Positions 47,137 through 56,251 of a stretch of 64,000 bases of DNA are shown here, piece by piece. The notes under the pieces were generated by a model. It was not told the origin of the DNA and did not search any database. It saw only the letters and a program-made list of their open reading frames with translations. The first letter of the stretch is position 1. Every line of letters begins with the position of its first letter. The DNA comes from Bacillota bacterium (lineage in GTDB: Bacteria; Bacillota; Sulfobacillia; JAUYEF01), in contig JAUYEF010000428.1 of the NCBI GenBank assembly GCA_030691635.1, positions 1,486 through 65,485 on the forward strand, given 5' to 3'. The translations under genes were made by a program, and so were the position numbers.

Positions 47137-47839
47137 GGCCTTTGCCGAGTCTTTGCTGGAGGGAGCTCGGCAGGTAGGGGTTGCCATCTCAGCAGCGCAG
47201 GCGGACTTGATGGCCAGGCATGCCCGGCATGTGCTCGACAACAACGTACAGGCGGGCCTGACAGAAATCACCGGCACCGAGGCAATGGCCATCAAACACT
47301 ATGTCGATTCGCTCACATGCCTTCATCTGGTGAAGGCGGGGGAATCGCTTGTGGATGTCGGCGCGGGGGCCGGCTTCCCCGGCATCCCGCTGAAGATAAT
47401 GGAGCCCTCCATCCATCTCACACTTCTCGAGTCAAGCGTGAAGAAGGCGAGGTTCCTGGAAGACACTCTTGCGCACATCGGGCTCCCGGGCCGGGTTGTG
47501 AACATGAGGACAGAGGACTACGGCAGGGACGCAGGGCGCGAATCCTTCGACGTCGCCGTGGCGCGGGCCGTGGCCAAGATGAGGGTGCTCAGCGAATACT
47601 GCCTTGGCCTCGTGAGGGTGGGCGGCCTGTTCATCGCGATGAAAGGACCGGCACCTCACCAAGAGGTCTCAGAGGCCACCCGCGCGATGAGGCTGATGGG
47701 AGGCAGACTGCAGGGCATCGAAACGCTGGACCTGCCATCAGGCTACGGCGCGAGAAGCCTGGTGCTGGTAAGAAAAGTCTCGCCATCATCGTCCGGTTAT
47801 CCCAGGAACGCGGGTATGGCGACGAAAAACCCCCTCTGA
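47129..47839 (+). CDS. rsmG: 16S rRNA (guanine527-N7)-methyltransferase
   Basis: 236-aa [20 protein letters not shown], after mnmG. Confidence 0.9.
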   Translation: MHEAFAESLLEGARQVGVAISAAQADLMARHARHVLDNNVQAGLTEITGTEAMAIKHYVDSLTCLHLVKAGESLVDVGAGAGFPGIPLKIMEPSIHLTLLESSVKKARFLEDTLAHIGLPGRVVNMRTEDYGRDAGRESFDVAVARAVAKMRVLSEYCLGLVRVGGLFIAMKGPAPHQEVSEATRAMRLMGGRLQGIETLDLPSGYGARSLVLVRKVSPSSSGYPRNAGMATKNPL

Positions 47840-47962
47840 TGAAGGAAATCCCCCGAAGCCGGCCCACGACCGGCTAGCCAGTCACGATTGTTCTGGTATA
47901 AAATGGAACCGGTCCGCCCCGCCTCCTGCACAGCGGACACTGGCACAAGGGAGTTGTAGTTG

Positions 47963-48844
47963 ATGTCACTCGGCCTGTCCCATCAGCCCTCGATGAAGCG
48001 TAAAGGAGATCGCGAGACCACAGAGATCCGGCAGATACCGGTGAACAGCGTCGTGTTCAGCCCTTTCCAGGTCCGGCGTGGTTTTGAGGAAGAAGATCTG
48101 CGCGATCTCGCCCAGTCGATAAAGGAGCATGGTGTGCTGCAGCCGGTCATTGTCCGCCCTTTCAACAAGGGGTTTGAACTCATAGCGGGAGAGCGACGTG
48201 TCCGGGCCTGCAAGATGCTCGGTTTACAGAACATCCCCGCGGTTATCCGCAATATGGACGACAGTGAAGTCGCCCTGGTGGGCCTTGTGGAGAATCTCCA
48301 GAGGCAGGACTTGAGTCCGATCGAAGAAGCCGAAGGGTACAGGCGTCTGATTGAGGAATTCGGCCTGACCCAGGAGGCGGTGGCCCAGCGTGTCGGGAGA
48401 AGCCAGCCGACGATCGCGAACAAGCTCCGTCTCCTGCGCCTGCCTGAGGAGGTCCGGGAGGCCATTTCCCGGGAAATCATCACCGAAAGGCATGCAAGGG
48501 CGCTGCTGAGCATGAAGGCTGACGACCAGAGGGACAAGGCCTTCAAGACGATTGTCGAAAAGGGCCTGAATGTGCAGCAGGCTGAAGCGTTCATCGATGA
48601 GGTGGCTGCGTCGCTGAACGGCCGGAAGCCCGCCACCCGGCGGCGCATCCACGTGGTGAGAGACATTCGCATCTTCCTCAACACGTTCAGGCAGGCCGTC
48701 AAGGCGCTGAAGCGTGCTGGCCTGGATGCGGTGATGGAGGAGAGCGAAGAGGGCGACATGATCCGTGTGGTTGTGACGGTTTCAAAATCCAAACGCAGTG
48801 ACAAGCAAGGGGTCCTCCAGATAGGCGAACGTACGTTCGAGTAG
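47963..48844 (+). CDS. noc: Nucleoid occlusion protein Noc (ParB paralogue)
   Basis: ParB fold (QPVIVRPFNKGFELIAGERRVRA, GLVENLQRQDLSPIEEA). It is first of two ParB-like genes and sits upstream of soj, as in B. subtilis. It contains a perfect NBS. Confidence 0.8.
   Translation: MSLGLSHQPSMKRKGDRETTEIRQIPVNSVVFSPFQVRRGFEEEDLRDLAQSIKEHGVLQPVIVRPFNKGFELIAGERRVRACKMLGLQNIPAVIRNMDDSEVALVGLVENLQRQDLSPIEEAEGYRRLIEEFGLTQEAVAQRVGRSQPTIANKLRLLRLPEEVREAISREIITERHARALLSMKADDQRDKAFKTIVEKGLNVQQAEAFIDEVAASLNGRKPATRRRIHVVRDIRIFLNTFRQAVKALKRAGLDAVMEESEEGDMIRVVVTVSKSKRSDKQGVLQIGERTFE
48464..48477. other. Noc-binding-site palindrome ATTTCCCGGGAAAT inside noc
   Basis: A perfect 14-bp match to the B. subtilis NBS core, read directly from the sequence. 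Confidence 0.6.
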
Positions 48845-48937
48845 CACTCGCCGGCACACTCCTTAGAAAGACCAGGTTTCCAGCCGCCGGCAGGAAGGGC
48901 ACCCTCGTCGTGGAAGTATGGTTGGTGACAAGCAGAG

Positions 48938-49723
48938 GTGAACGTGTTGTCGCGAATCATTGCTGTGGCCAACCAAAAGGGCGGGGTGGGGAAGACCACC
49001 ACAGCTGTCAACCTTGCAGCGTGCCTGGCTGAAGCAGGCCGCAAAGCTCTTATCATCGACATAGACCCGCAGGCCAACACGACGAGCGGCCTCGGCCTGG
49101 ACAAACGGAAGATCCGGCACTCCATCTACGACTGCCTGATCGACGAGACTCCTCTCAAGAGCATCATCATTCCAGGGCAGGTTCCGAGGCTCTGGATTGC
49201 TCCTTCTACGGTGCACCTGGCAGGGGCGGAGATCGAACTGGTCCCGCTGATGGCCAGGGAGACAAGGTTGAAGCAGGCCCTGAAGCCTGTCAAGGATGAC
49301 TATGACTTCATCATCATCGATTGCCCGCCATCGCTCGGGCTGCTCACGATCAACGCGCTCGTCGCTGCGGACTCTGTGCTGGTGCCGATCCAGTGCGAGT
49401 ACTACGCGCTTGAGGGGCTGGGGCAACTGGTTTCCACGGTGAAACTTGTCCAGAGCCATCTCAACCGTGACCTTGTGATCGAGGGTGTTGTGCTCACGAT
49501 GTTCGACCCTCGAACCAACCTATCGATCCAGGTCGTGGAGGAAGTGAAGAAGTTCTTCCGGGACAAGGTATACAGGACGGTTATCCCGCGGAACGTGAGG
49601 CTCAGCGAAGCGCCAAGCCATGGCAAACCGATTATCCTGTATGACGTGAAGTCGAAAGGCGCAGAGGTTTACCGAGAGCTATCCAGGGAAGTGATTGCAC
49701 ATGCCGAGAAGAGGGCTGGGTAA
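48938..49723 (+). CDS. soj: ParA/Soj chromosome partitioning ATPase
   Basis: 261-aa ORF. IIAVANQKGGVGKTTTAVNLAA (deviant Walker A). Confidence 0.9.
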   Translation: MNVLSRIIAVANQKGGVGKTTTAVNLAACLAEAGRKALIIDIDPQANTTSGLGLDKRKIRHSIYDCLIDETPLKSIIIPGQVPRLWIAPSTVHLAGAEIELVPLMARETRLKQALKPVKDDYDFIIIDCPPSLGLLTINALVAADSVLVPIQCEYYALEGLGQLVSTVKLVQSHLNRDLVIEGVVLTMFDPRTNLSIQVVEEVKKFFRDKVYRTVIPRNVRLSEAPSHGKPIILYDVKSKGAEVYRELSREVIAHAEKRAG

Positions 49724-50582
49724 AGGACTTAGCGCCCTCATACTGGAGGAACCCGTTTCGGGCAAGGAGCAGATAGTGGAGATAGAGATCGGGCAGATCT
49801 CCCCGAGCCCGAACCAGCCGCGCCAGGAGTTTGCGGAAGAGAGCATCAAGGAGCTCGCCGACTCGATCGTGCAGTACGGGCTCGTGCAGCCCATCGTCGT
49901 CCGACGAGCAGGGCCAGGCTACGAGGTCGTGGCGGGTGAGCGGCGTTTGCGTGCGGCCACGCTGGCCGGCCTGAAGACGATCGGAGCCGTGGTCCGGGAA
50001 CTGAGCGACGCAGATGCACTCCAGATAGCGTTGATTGAGAACCTGCAGCGCGAGGACTTGAACCCACTGGAGGAAGCAGAGGCGTACCGCAGGCTGGTAC
50101 AGGATTTCGGGCTGACTCAGGATGGAGTGGCCGATAGGGTCGCGAAAAGCCGCCCGCAAGTGGCGAATATCCTGCGGTTGCTGCAGCTCGAGCCCCAGGT
50201 GCAGGAAATGGTTCGCCGGGACAAGCTGAGCGCGGGTCACGCGAGAGCGCTGCTGGCGCTGGATAACCCGACGGTTCAGCGAGCGGCGGCCGAGAGAATG
50301 GTCGAGAAAGGGCTATCGGTACGAGAGGCTGAGGCGCACGTCAGTGCGCTGATAGGCCGGGGGCACCGAGTCACAAGGGCCAGGCAGCAGAAAGCGCGCG
50401 ACGCGGAGATGATAGATGTAGAGGCCCGCCTCCGGGCCGCCCTCGGAACGACGGTAAGGATAACTGGCGACAGCCGGCGCGGAAAGCTTGAGATTCATTA
50501 CTTCAGCGCCGAGGAACTAGAGCGAGTGGTCGAGGCAATCTTGCTGCTGTCAAGAGAAGCGGCGGCAACGGACAGCAAGTAA
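49701..50582 (+). CDS. parB: ParB/Spo0J chromosome partitioning protein
   Basis: MPRRGLGKGLSALI, QPIVVRRAGPGYEVVAGERRLRA and ENLQREDLNPLEEA. The start is set to the ATG at 49701. Confidence 0.9.
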   Translation: MPRRGLGKGLSALILEEPVSGKEQIVEIEIGQISPSPNQPRQEFAEESIKELADSIVQYGLVQPIVVRRAGPGYEVVAGERRLRAATLAGLKTIGAVVRELSDADALQIALIENLQREDLNPLEEAEAYRRLVQDFGLTQDGVADRVAKSRPQVANILRLLQLEPQVQEMVRRDKLSAGHARALLALDNPTVQRAAAERMVEKGLSVREAEAHVSALIGRGHRVTRARQQKARDAEMIDVEARLRAALGTTVRITGDSRRGKLEIHYFSAEELERVVEAILLLSREAAATDSK

Positions 50583-50591
50583 GGCGGGTAG

Positions 50592-50607
50592 TGTTTCACG
50601 TGAAACA
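50592..50607. other. parS site (perfect TGTTTCACGTGAAACA)
   Basis: A 16-bp palindrome 9 nt after the parB stop. Confidence 0.85.
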
Positions 50608-50654
50608 ATCGACGCATGAGGTTCCGCCGCGCCACAACAGCTGGGCCGCTCAAA

Positions 50655-50670
50655 TGTTTCACGTGAAACA
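50655..50670. other. parS site (perfect TGTTTCACGTGAAACA)
   Basis: A second identical palindrome, 63 bp centre-to-centre from the first. Confidence 0.85.
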
Positions 50671-50698
50671 TCTCTGAAGAGAAGGCGTCGCTCCCAAG

Positions 50699-51385
50699 AT
50701 GACAGGCACGATCATAAACGGGCTTTCCATCATCCTAGGTGCCCTGCTGGGCGCCTACATTATCAGAAGCATTCCGCCCAAGGTACATTCCGGGCTCCTG
50801 AGTTCCATCGGCCTCACCTCCATCCTCATTGGGCTGAAATCGGCGTGGAATGCCGATATACTCATCACGATCGTGTCGCTTGCACTTGGAGCCGCGATTG
50901 GGGAAATCCTGGGGATAGAGCACCGTCTACAGCACGCTGCAGCGCGCGCCGAAGCAACGCTCAGCAGGAACGCTTACCGAGGGTCCTTTACCAAAGGGCT
51001 GGTGACAGCCAGCCTGATGTACTGCACAGGCGCAATGGCGATCATGGGACCGCTGGAGAACGGGCTCACGGGAAGGCTCGATACTTTGCTGGCCAAATCG
51101 GCCCTTGATGGCATTGCCTCCATCATATTGGGCTCCGCGCTCGGGGTCGGAGTCGCGTTTGCCGCCATCCCTGTGCTGCTGTACCAGGGCGCTATCGCGT
51201 TGACGGCGAGCCGGCTGCAGGCGTTCTTCACGCCCGAAGTCGTAGCCCAACTGAACGGCGTCGGCGGCTTGCTGATAGCAGGAATAGGCCTGAACCTCTT
51301 GAATGCTACCCAGATCAGGATAGCGAATCTCCTACCAGCACTGGGCGTGGCCGCGCTGCTCATCTCTGTGCGGGCGGCCCTCTAA
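50699..51385 (+). CDS. DUF554 family membrane protein
   Basis: 228-aa ORF. MTGTIINGLSIILGALLGAYI and the overall hydrophobic profile. Confidence 0.75.
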   Translation: MTGTIINGLSIILGALLGAYIIRSIPPKVHSGLLSSIGLTSILIGLKSAWNADILITIVSLALGAAIGEILGIEHRLQHAAARAEATLSRNAYRGSFTKGLVTASLMYCTGAMAIMGPLENGLTGRLDTLLAKSALDGIASIILGSALGVGVAFAAIPVLLYQGAIALTASRLQAFFTPEVVAQLNGVGGLLIAGIGLNLLNATQIRIANLLPALGVAALLISVRAAL

Positions 51386-51399
51386 TCTAAGTCTCTGAG

Positions 51400-52593
51400 G
51401 TGATGTGCTTGCGATCGAGGGAACTTCGCCCCGCGTGGGCCGAGATAGATCTAGATATCTTCGAACACAACATCAAGGAAGTCCGGCGTGTGATCGGTCC
51501 CAGGCCAGGCATCATGGCTGTCGTAAAGGCCAACGCCTACGGGCACGGGGCAGTCGAGTGCGCGCTGGTGGCGCAGGAGACAGGATGCTCGCTGGCAGTC
51601 GCGATCGTATCTGAGGGCGTGGAACTGCGGAAAGCAGGACTTAAAGGGCCGGTGCTCGTGCTCGGTTACACGCCGCCGGAGCAGGCTGGCATTGCGGTGG
51701 AGAACGATCTTGACGTCACCATATTCGGTATGGAGGCCGCTCGCGCCCTATCGGCTGCTGCCGCTCGCCACGGCAAATGGGCGAGAGCCCACGTGAAGGT
51801 GGAGACAGGGATGGGCCGGATTGGGCTTGTCCCTGGGCCCGCGCTGACCGCATTCATCGCTCAGGCGGTGGCCCTGCCGAACCTGAAAGTCGCGGGCATC
51901 TTCACCCACTTTGCCGCTGCGGATTCTGACTCGACGTACACACAGGCACAGTTCAAGGCGTTTCGGGACAGCTTGAGAGCCATCGAACGCCTGACAGGCA
52001 AGGGTATATTGAAACACAGCTCGAATAGCGCTGCGATCATGGACTTCCCAGAAACCCACCTGGATGCGGTGAGGCCGGGCATCATCCTCTATGGATACTA
52101 CCCGTCTAAGACGGTGGCCAGGAAAGCGGCCGTGATTCCTCCGCTTTCGCTGAAGTGCCGCATCGGGCATGTTCGCGCCGCTGAGACCGGCGAGACCATC
52201 GGCTATGGCAGAGCATACAGGGTCGACAAGCCCTGCCTGATCGCGACCCTCCCCGTAGGGTACGCCGATGGCTACCGGCGGGCGTTCTCCAACAAGGGGC
52301 ACGTTCTTGTCCGTGGTATCCGGGCTCCGATAGTCGGGCGTGTCTGCATGGACCAGATGATGGTGGACGTCACCGGCATTGCCGGCGTCTCCAAGGGCGA
52401 CGAAGTGGTGCTCCTGGGGTCACAGGGCCAGCAGACCATATCGGCCGATGACCTGGCCTTTGAGGTGGCCACCATATCGCACGAGGTGCTCACCGGGATA
52501 GGCCAGCGGGTCCCTCGCGTCTACCGGCGTCACGGGCAGTGGTATGTCCGTGACGAGGATACTGGTGCCAAGACTCCCGTGGAAATGGGCTGA
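51400..52593 (+). CDS. alr: Alanine racemase
   Basis: 397-aa ORF. AVVKANAYGHGAVE (PLP lysine) and PVGYADGY. Confidence 0.9.
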   Translation: MMCLRSRELRPAWAEIDLDIFEHNIKEVRRVIGPRPGIMAVVKANAYGHGAVECALVAQETGCSLAVAIVSEGVELRKAGLKGPVLVLGYTPPEQAGIAVENDLDVTIFGMEAARALSAAAARHGKWARAHVKVETGMGRIGLVPGPALTAFIAQAVALPNLKVAGIFTHFAAADSDSTYTQAQFKAFRDSLRAIERLTGKGILKHSSNSAAIMDFPETHLDAVRPGIILYGYYPSKTVARKAAVIPPLSLKCRIGHVRAAETGETIGYGRAYRVDKPCLIATLPVGYADGYRRAFSNKGHVLVRGIRAPIVGRVCMDQMMVDVTGIAGVSKGDEVVLLGSQGQQTISADDLAFEVATISHEVLTGIGQRVPRVYRRHGQWYVRDEDTGAKTPVEMG

Positions 52594-52868
52594 AACGCCC
52601 CGCCGGGCTCCCGTGTCGGCTACAGGCGAACGCCGGCCCGGCCGCGGAACCGAACATATGTTTGCCGGCCTGGTGGGTGCATGTGGACGGAAGACCATGG
52701 GGTAGAGCGGGGGCCGTGCGATGCCAACCTCTGCTCTGCGACGCTGGCATCTGCCAAAGAAAGCAAAATCCTCCGGCCTTTAGCAGGAAGGTTACCTTGG
52801 CTGTCGAAATGAGGCAGGGCCGACCAGCGGCACGTCTCCGCACCTTCGCATAGAGGGGAGGCCAGCCA

Positions 52869-53864
52869 GTGGCCCACCAGGATCGACACGTGACGCCGGC
52901 TCAAAAGAAGCCGCAGGTCCTGACAGTTATGGTCGTGCCGCGTTCTGGCAGGACGGTGGCGTTCAACGTGACCGTCAGGTTCCTCCAGGCAATCGCCCTC
53001 ATCTTGATCCTCTCATCGGTTGGTTTTCTCACCCTGGGAATCCGCCATAATGCAGCCCTTGGCGAACTCAGGACACTCAACGACCTGCTGCGCGTGGTCG
53101 AAGAGCAGCGAACAAAGATCGAGCAGATGCAATCTGAAGCGGATATGCTCAGGCAGAACTTCGGCCGCATCAAAGCTGTCGAGGAGAACATCCGCGAGCT
53201 GCTGGAATCCGAGCGGGAAGTGGTCAGTAAGGGCCTGTCAAGCGCGGCAGGCTCCGATGTCACCAGGCTGTTCAGCATCCCCGCGAGAGCAGAGACTCTG
53301 GCATCGCGCCAGGCGCCGCGAGGCCTGAGGTGGCCGGCGGAAGAAGGCAGCCGTCTTATCATGGAGTCTTCGGCGCTCGCCAGTACCCAGGCGGAGTTGC
53401 GCAGCACCGCTGAGGGCATAGCGGGCTCCATGGCGTTACTCGAGAACGACCTGAAGAACCGCATCCACGAGCTCAGGGCCCTTCCAAGCTATACGCCGAT
53501 CAACGGCAGCATCACATCCTCCTTCGGCTGGCGGCGCTCGCCGTTCGGCAGGTGGAGCGAGCGGCACGAAGGCCTTGACATGGCAGCGCCATACGGCACG
53601 CCCGTGCTCGTGGCAGGCGACGGCACGGTCACGTTCGCCGGGTGGAAACCGGGGCTCGGTAGGGTGGTATCCGTTGACCACGGAAATGGGTACGTGAGTT
53701 CATACGCGCACATGTCGCGGACCGACACGAAAGTGGGAGCCACTGTCACCCGGGGAACTATGATCGGCGCAGTGGGCAGCACGGGCAGAAGCACTGGCTC
53801 TCACCTCCACTTCGAAGTCCGGCGAAATGGCGCGCTGGTGGATCCCCTCAGCCTCTTGAAATAG
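52869..53864 (+). CDS. M23 family metallopeptidase with N-terminal TM and coiled coil
   Basis: 331-aa ORF. HEGLDMAAPYGTPV and GSTGRSTGSHLHFEVRRNG. Confidence 0.85.
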   Translation: MAHQDRHVTPAQKKPQVLTVMVVPRSGRTVAFNVTVRFLQAIALILILSSVGFLTLGIRHNAALGELRTLNDLLRVVEEQRTKIEQMQSEADMLRQNFGRIKAVEENIRELLESEREVVSKGLSSAAGSDVTRLFSIPARAETLASRQAPRGLRWPAEEGSRLIMESSALASTQAELRSTAEGIAGSMALLENDLKNRIHELRALPSYTPINGSITSSFGWRRSPFGRWSERHEGLDMAAPYGTPVLVAGDGTVTFAGWKPGLGRVVSVDHGNGYVSSYAHMSRTDTKVGATVTRGTMIGAVGSTGRSTGSHLHFEVRRNGALVDPLSLLK

Positions 53865-53906
53865 CTTTTCGCATATAAAATCTCCACTCGTACAGGCGGT
53901 GAGGAA

Positions 53907-54311
53907 ATGTTCAAGCAACGTGAGCAGGGCAGCGCCCCGAAACCCGATTACCTGGAGACGATTATCGGAAAGGATTCAGAGTTCAAGGGCACGGTCAGTT
54001 CCGCGGCGGGCCTCCGAATTGACGGCAGGATGGAGGGCCAGGTGCTCAACAGCGGCGATGTGATCATAGGCGACTCGGCGGAAGTGACCGCCGATGTCAA
54101 AGGCCGTAATGTGATAGTCTCCGGCCTGATCCGTGGCAATATTGAAGCCATCTGCAAGATCGAGATTACCCCCACGGGCAGAGTCGAGGGAGACATCAAG
54201 ACAGGCGTCTTGATTGTCTCAGAAGGCGGCAAGTTCTCCGGGAAGAGCGACATGACCAGTGACAACCGGACTTCTGTCGCGGGCCCGGCGCAAGAAGCAC
54301 CCAAGGCCTAG
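53907..54311 (+). CDS. Bactofilin (polymer-forming cytoskeletal protein)
   Basis: 134-aa ORF. Beta-helical repeats: FKGTVSSAAGLRIDGRMEGQVLNSGDVIIGDSAEVTADVKGRNVIVSGLIRGNI. Confidence 0.85.
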   Translation: MFKQREQGSAPKPDYLETIIGKDSEFKGTVSSAAGLRIDGRMEGQVLNSGDVIIGDSAEVTADVKGRNVIVSGLIRGNIEAICKIEITPTGRVEGDIKTGVLIVSEGGKFSGKSDMTSDNRTSVAGPAQEAPKA

Positions 54312-54369
54312 GCGGATACGCTGAAAACGCCCAATTCCGGTTGGGCGTTTTCCTTAGGGGAGAGAAGCG

Positions 54370-55254
54370 CTGCTAGTCTTCATAGTGAACCCGGTGGCAG
54401 GCAATGGCCTTGCGGCACGGGCATGGCCGCAGATCCGAGACGCGCTCGAAGGTTCTGGGACTGCGTTCGAGACCCTATGGACCGAGAAACCCAAAGATGG
54501 CGTCGCAAAGGCAAAGGCGGCGCTTGAGATGGGCGCGACGCGGGTTGTCTCCGTCGGAGGCGACGGCACAATCCACGAGGTGGTCAACGTGCTCTTTGGC
54601 CGGGGCGTTGAGTTCGGGATCGTGCCGCTCGGCCGCGGCAATGATTTCGCCAGGACAGTGGGCATCCCGGCAGACCCGGTCGAGGCTGCGCGCGCAGCCA
54701 TCGAAGGCGCTGCCTCACCCATCGACCTCGGCCAGGCCAACGGTGAAGTGTTCATCAACGTCGCCGGGCTCGGGTTTGACGCCGAGGTGGCGGCCGAGGC
54801 GAACCGGATCGGCATGTTCATCAACGGGACGATCACTTATTTCGCGTCAGTCTTCACTATGCTCCACAAATACAGTTGCCAGGATGTTACGATCACGATA
54901 GACGGGAAGACATGGGACCAGCGAATCCTGCTGCTTGCGGTCGGAAACGGCAAATACTACGGCGGGGGCATGAAAATCACTCCCGATGCTGTTGTGGATG
55001 ACGGCTTGCTGGACATAGTGGTGGCGGGCGACATGACCAGGCTGGAGACCGTTCTCACTCTTCCGAAGGTCTATTCGGGCGCGCACGTCCATCACCCCAA
55101 AGCGTCCACGTACAGGGGCAAAGAGGTGACGGTGACCTCTAAGAACACCCTGAGTGTCCATGCTGAAGGGGAGATCATCTCCAGCACACCCGTCACTTTC
55201 AAGGTCCTGGCAGGGGCCCTCAGGCTCGTCCGGAAACCGGCCGCTTCTCGATGA
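54370..55254 (+). CDS. Diacylglycerol/lipid kinase family protein (YegS/DagK-like), apparent CTG start
   Basis: GGDGTIHEVVNVL. The first beta strand LVFIVNP is encoded upstream of the track's GTG (54385). The frame opens after the TAG at 54355, and the only start-like codon is the CTG at 54370, behind AGGGGAGAG. Confidence 0.8.
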   Translation: MLVFIVNPVAGNGLAARAWPQIRDALEGSGTAFETLWTEKPKDGVAKAKAALEMGATRVVSVGGDGTIHEVVNVLFGRGVEFGIVPLGRGNDFARTVGIPADPVEAARAAIEGAASPIDLGQANGEVFINVAGLGFDAEVAAEANRIGMFINGTITYFASVFTMLHKYSCQDVTITIDGKTWDQRILLLAVGNGKYYGGGMKITPDAVVDDGLLDIVVAGDMTRLETVLTLPKVYSGAHVHHPKASTYRGKEVTVTSKNTLSVHAEGEIISSTPVTFKVLAGALRLVRKPAASR

Positions 55255-55293
55255 CCACCTGCTCTGGATGGATTCCCGGAGGAGGCGCTGCTT

Positions 55294-55959
55294 ATGATCT
55301 TCGAGGATAGGAGAGATGCCGGCAGGAAGCTTGCGCAAAGGGTCGCCGCGGTCAAGGCGGTCGATCCTCTTGTTCTCGCCGTGCCGCGTGGCGGCATTGT
55401 GGTGGCAGCCGAAGTGGCCCAGGCGCTCAGGGCACCGCTTGACGTGCTCATTGCGCGGAAGATCGGCTCGCCACACAATGAAGAGCTTGCCATCGGCGCA
55501 GTGGCCGTGGATGGCACGCTGCTGATTGACGAATCGCTCACCAAAGCGCTCCGCGTTCCCGACTCGTATGTCAAGCAGCAAGTCGAGAAAGAGCGCAGAG
55601 AGATCGAGCGTCGCACCAGGTACTACCGAGGAAACCACCCAGCCCCGGTCCTGAAAGGCCGGACTCTCATCGTCGTCGATGATGGCGTCGCCACAGGGAT
55701 GACGATCAAAGCCGCGCTTCGTTACCTGAAACCCCAGGGCGCCGAGCGTGTCGTGCTCGCGCTTCCGGTCGCCCCCGCGGACACAGCGCAGGAACTGCGC
55801 CGCGAGGTCGACGAACTGATCGTGCTGCACACGCCGGAACCGTTCTACGCGGTGGGGCAATGGTACTCGCTCTTCGATCAGACCAGCGACGACGAGGTCG
55901 TCGAGATCCTCGACAGTATACGCGACCTGTACCCCGGAGACAATAAGACACCCGCATGA
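55294..55959 (+). CDS. Phosphoribosyltransferase family protein
   Basis: 221-aa ORF. MIFEDRRDAGRKLA, LVLAVPRGGIVVA and LIVVDDGVATGMT. Confidence 0.75.
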   Translation: MIFEDRRDAGRKLAQRVAAVKAVDPLVLAVPRGGIVVAAEVAQALRAPLDVLIARKIGSPHNEELAIGAVAVDGTLLIDESLTKALRVPDSYVKQQVEKERREIERRTRYYRGNHPAPVLKGRTLIVVDDGVATGMTIKAALRYLKPQGAERVVLALPVAPADTAQELRREVDELIVLHTPEPFYAVGQWYSLFDQTSDDEVVEILDSIRDLYPGDNKTPA

Positions 55960-55983
55960 GCGGGCATCCGATTCCCCCGGGAG

Positions 55984-56235
55984 GTGTCGAGGCTGCGCAA
56001 GGTCGTCGCGGTTGAGGAAGGGCTCACCCCGATAACGCTTCTCCTGAAGCGGGAAGGCTACGATGTTGTTGACCTTGAAGGCGAACGCTGGAAGACAGCG
56101 GACGCGATCGTCGTCAGCGGCATGGACTCGAACCTGATGGACATCCAGGAAACCGAGACGCGGGTCAATGTTGTCGAGGCTGCGGGGAAGACCCCCGAAG
56201 AGGTTCTCAAGGACATCAAGAGTCGGGCTCGATAG
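55984..56235 (+). CDS. YkuS family protein (UPF0180)
   Basis: 83-aa ORF. VAVEEGLTPI...EGYDVVDL...DAIVVSGMDSNLM. Confidence 0.7.
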   Translation: MSRLRKVVAVEEGLTPITLLLKREGYDVVDLEGERWKTADAIVVSGMDSNLMDIQETETRVNVVEAAGKTPEEVLKDIKSRAR

Positions 56236-56251
56236 GAGTCTTAGAGCAGGT

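Noticed and set aside
47983-49125. 380-aa minus-strand ORF
   Set aside because: It is antisense to noc and the soj start, with Ser/Arg-rich low complexity.
52594-52868. ydaO-type c-di-AMP riboswitch
   Set aside because: Only short fragments resemble the consensus, and I could not assemble the pseudo-symmetric helices. It is reported only as a low-interest item to check with a covariance model.
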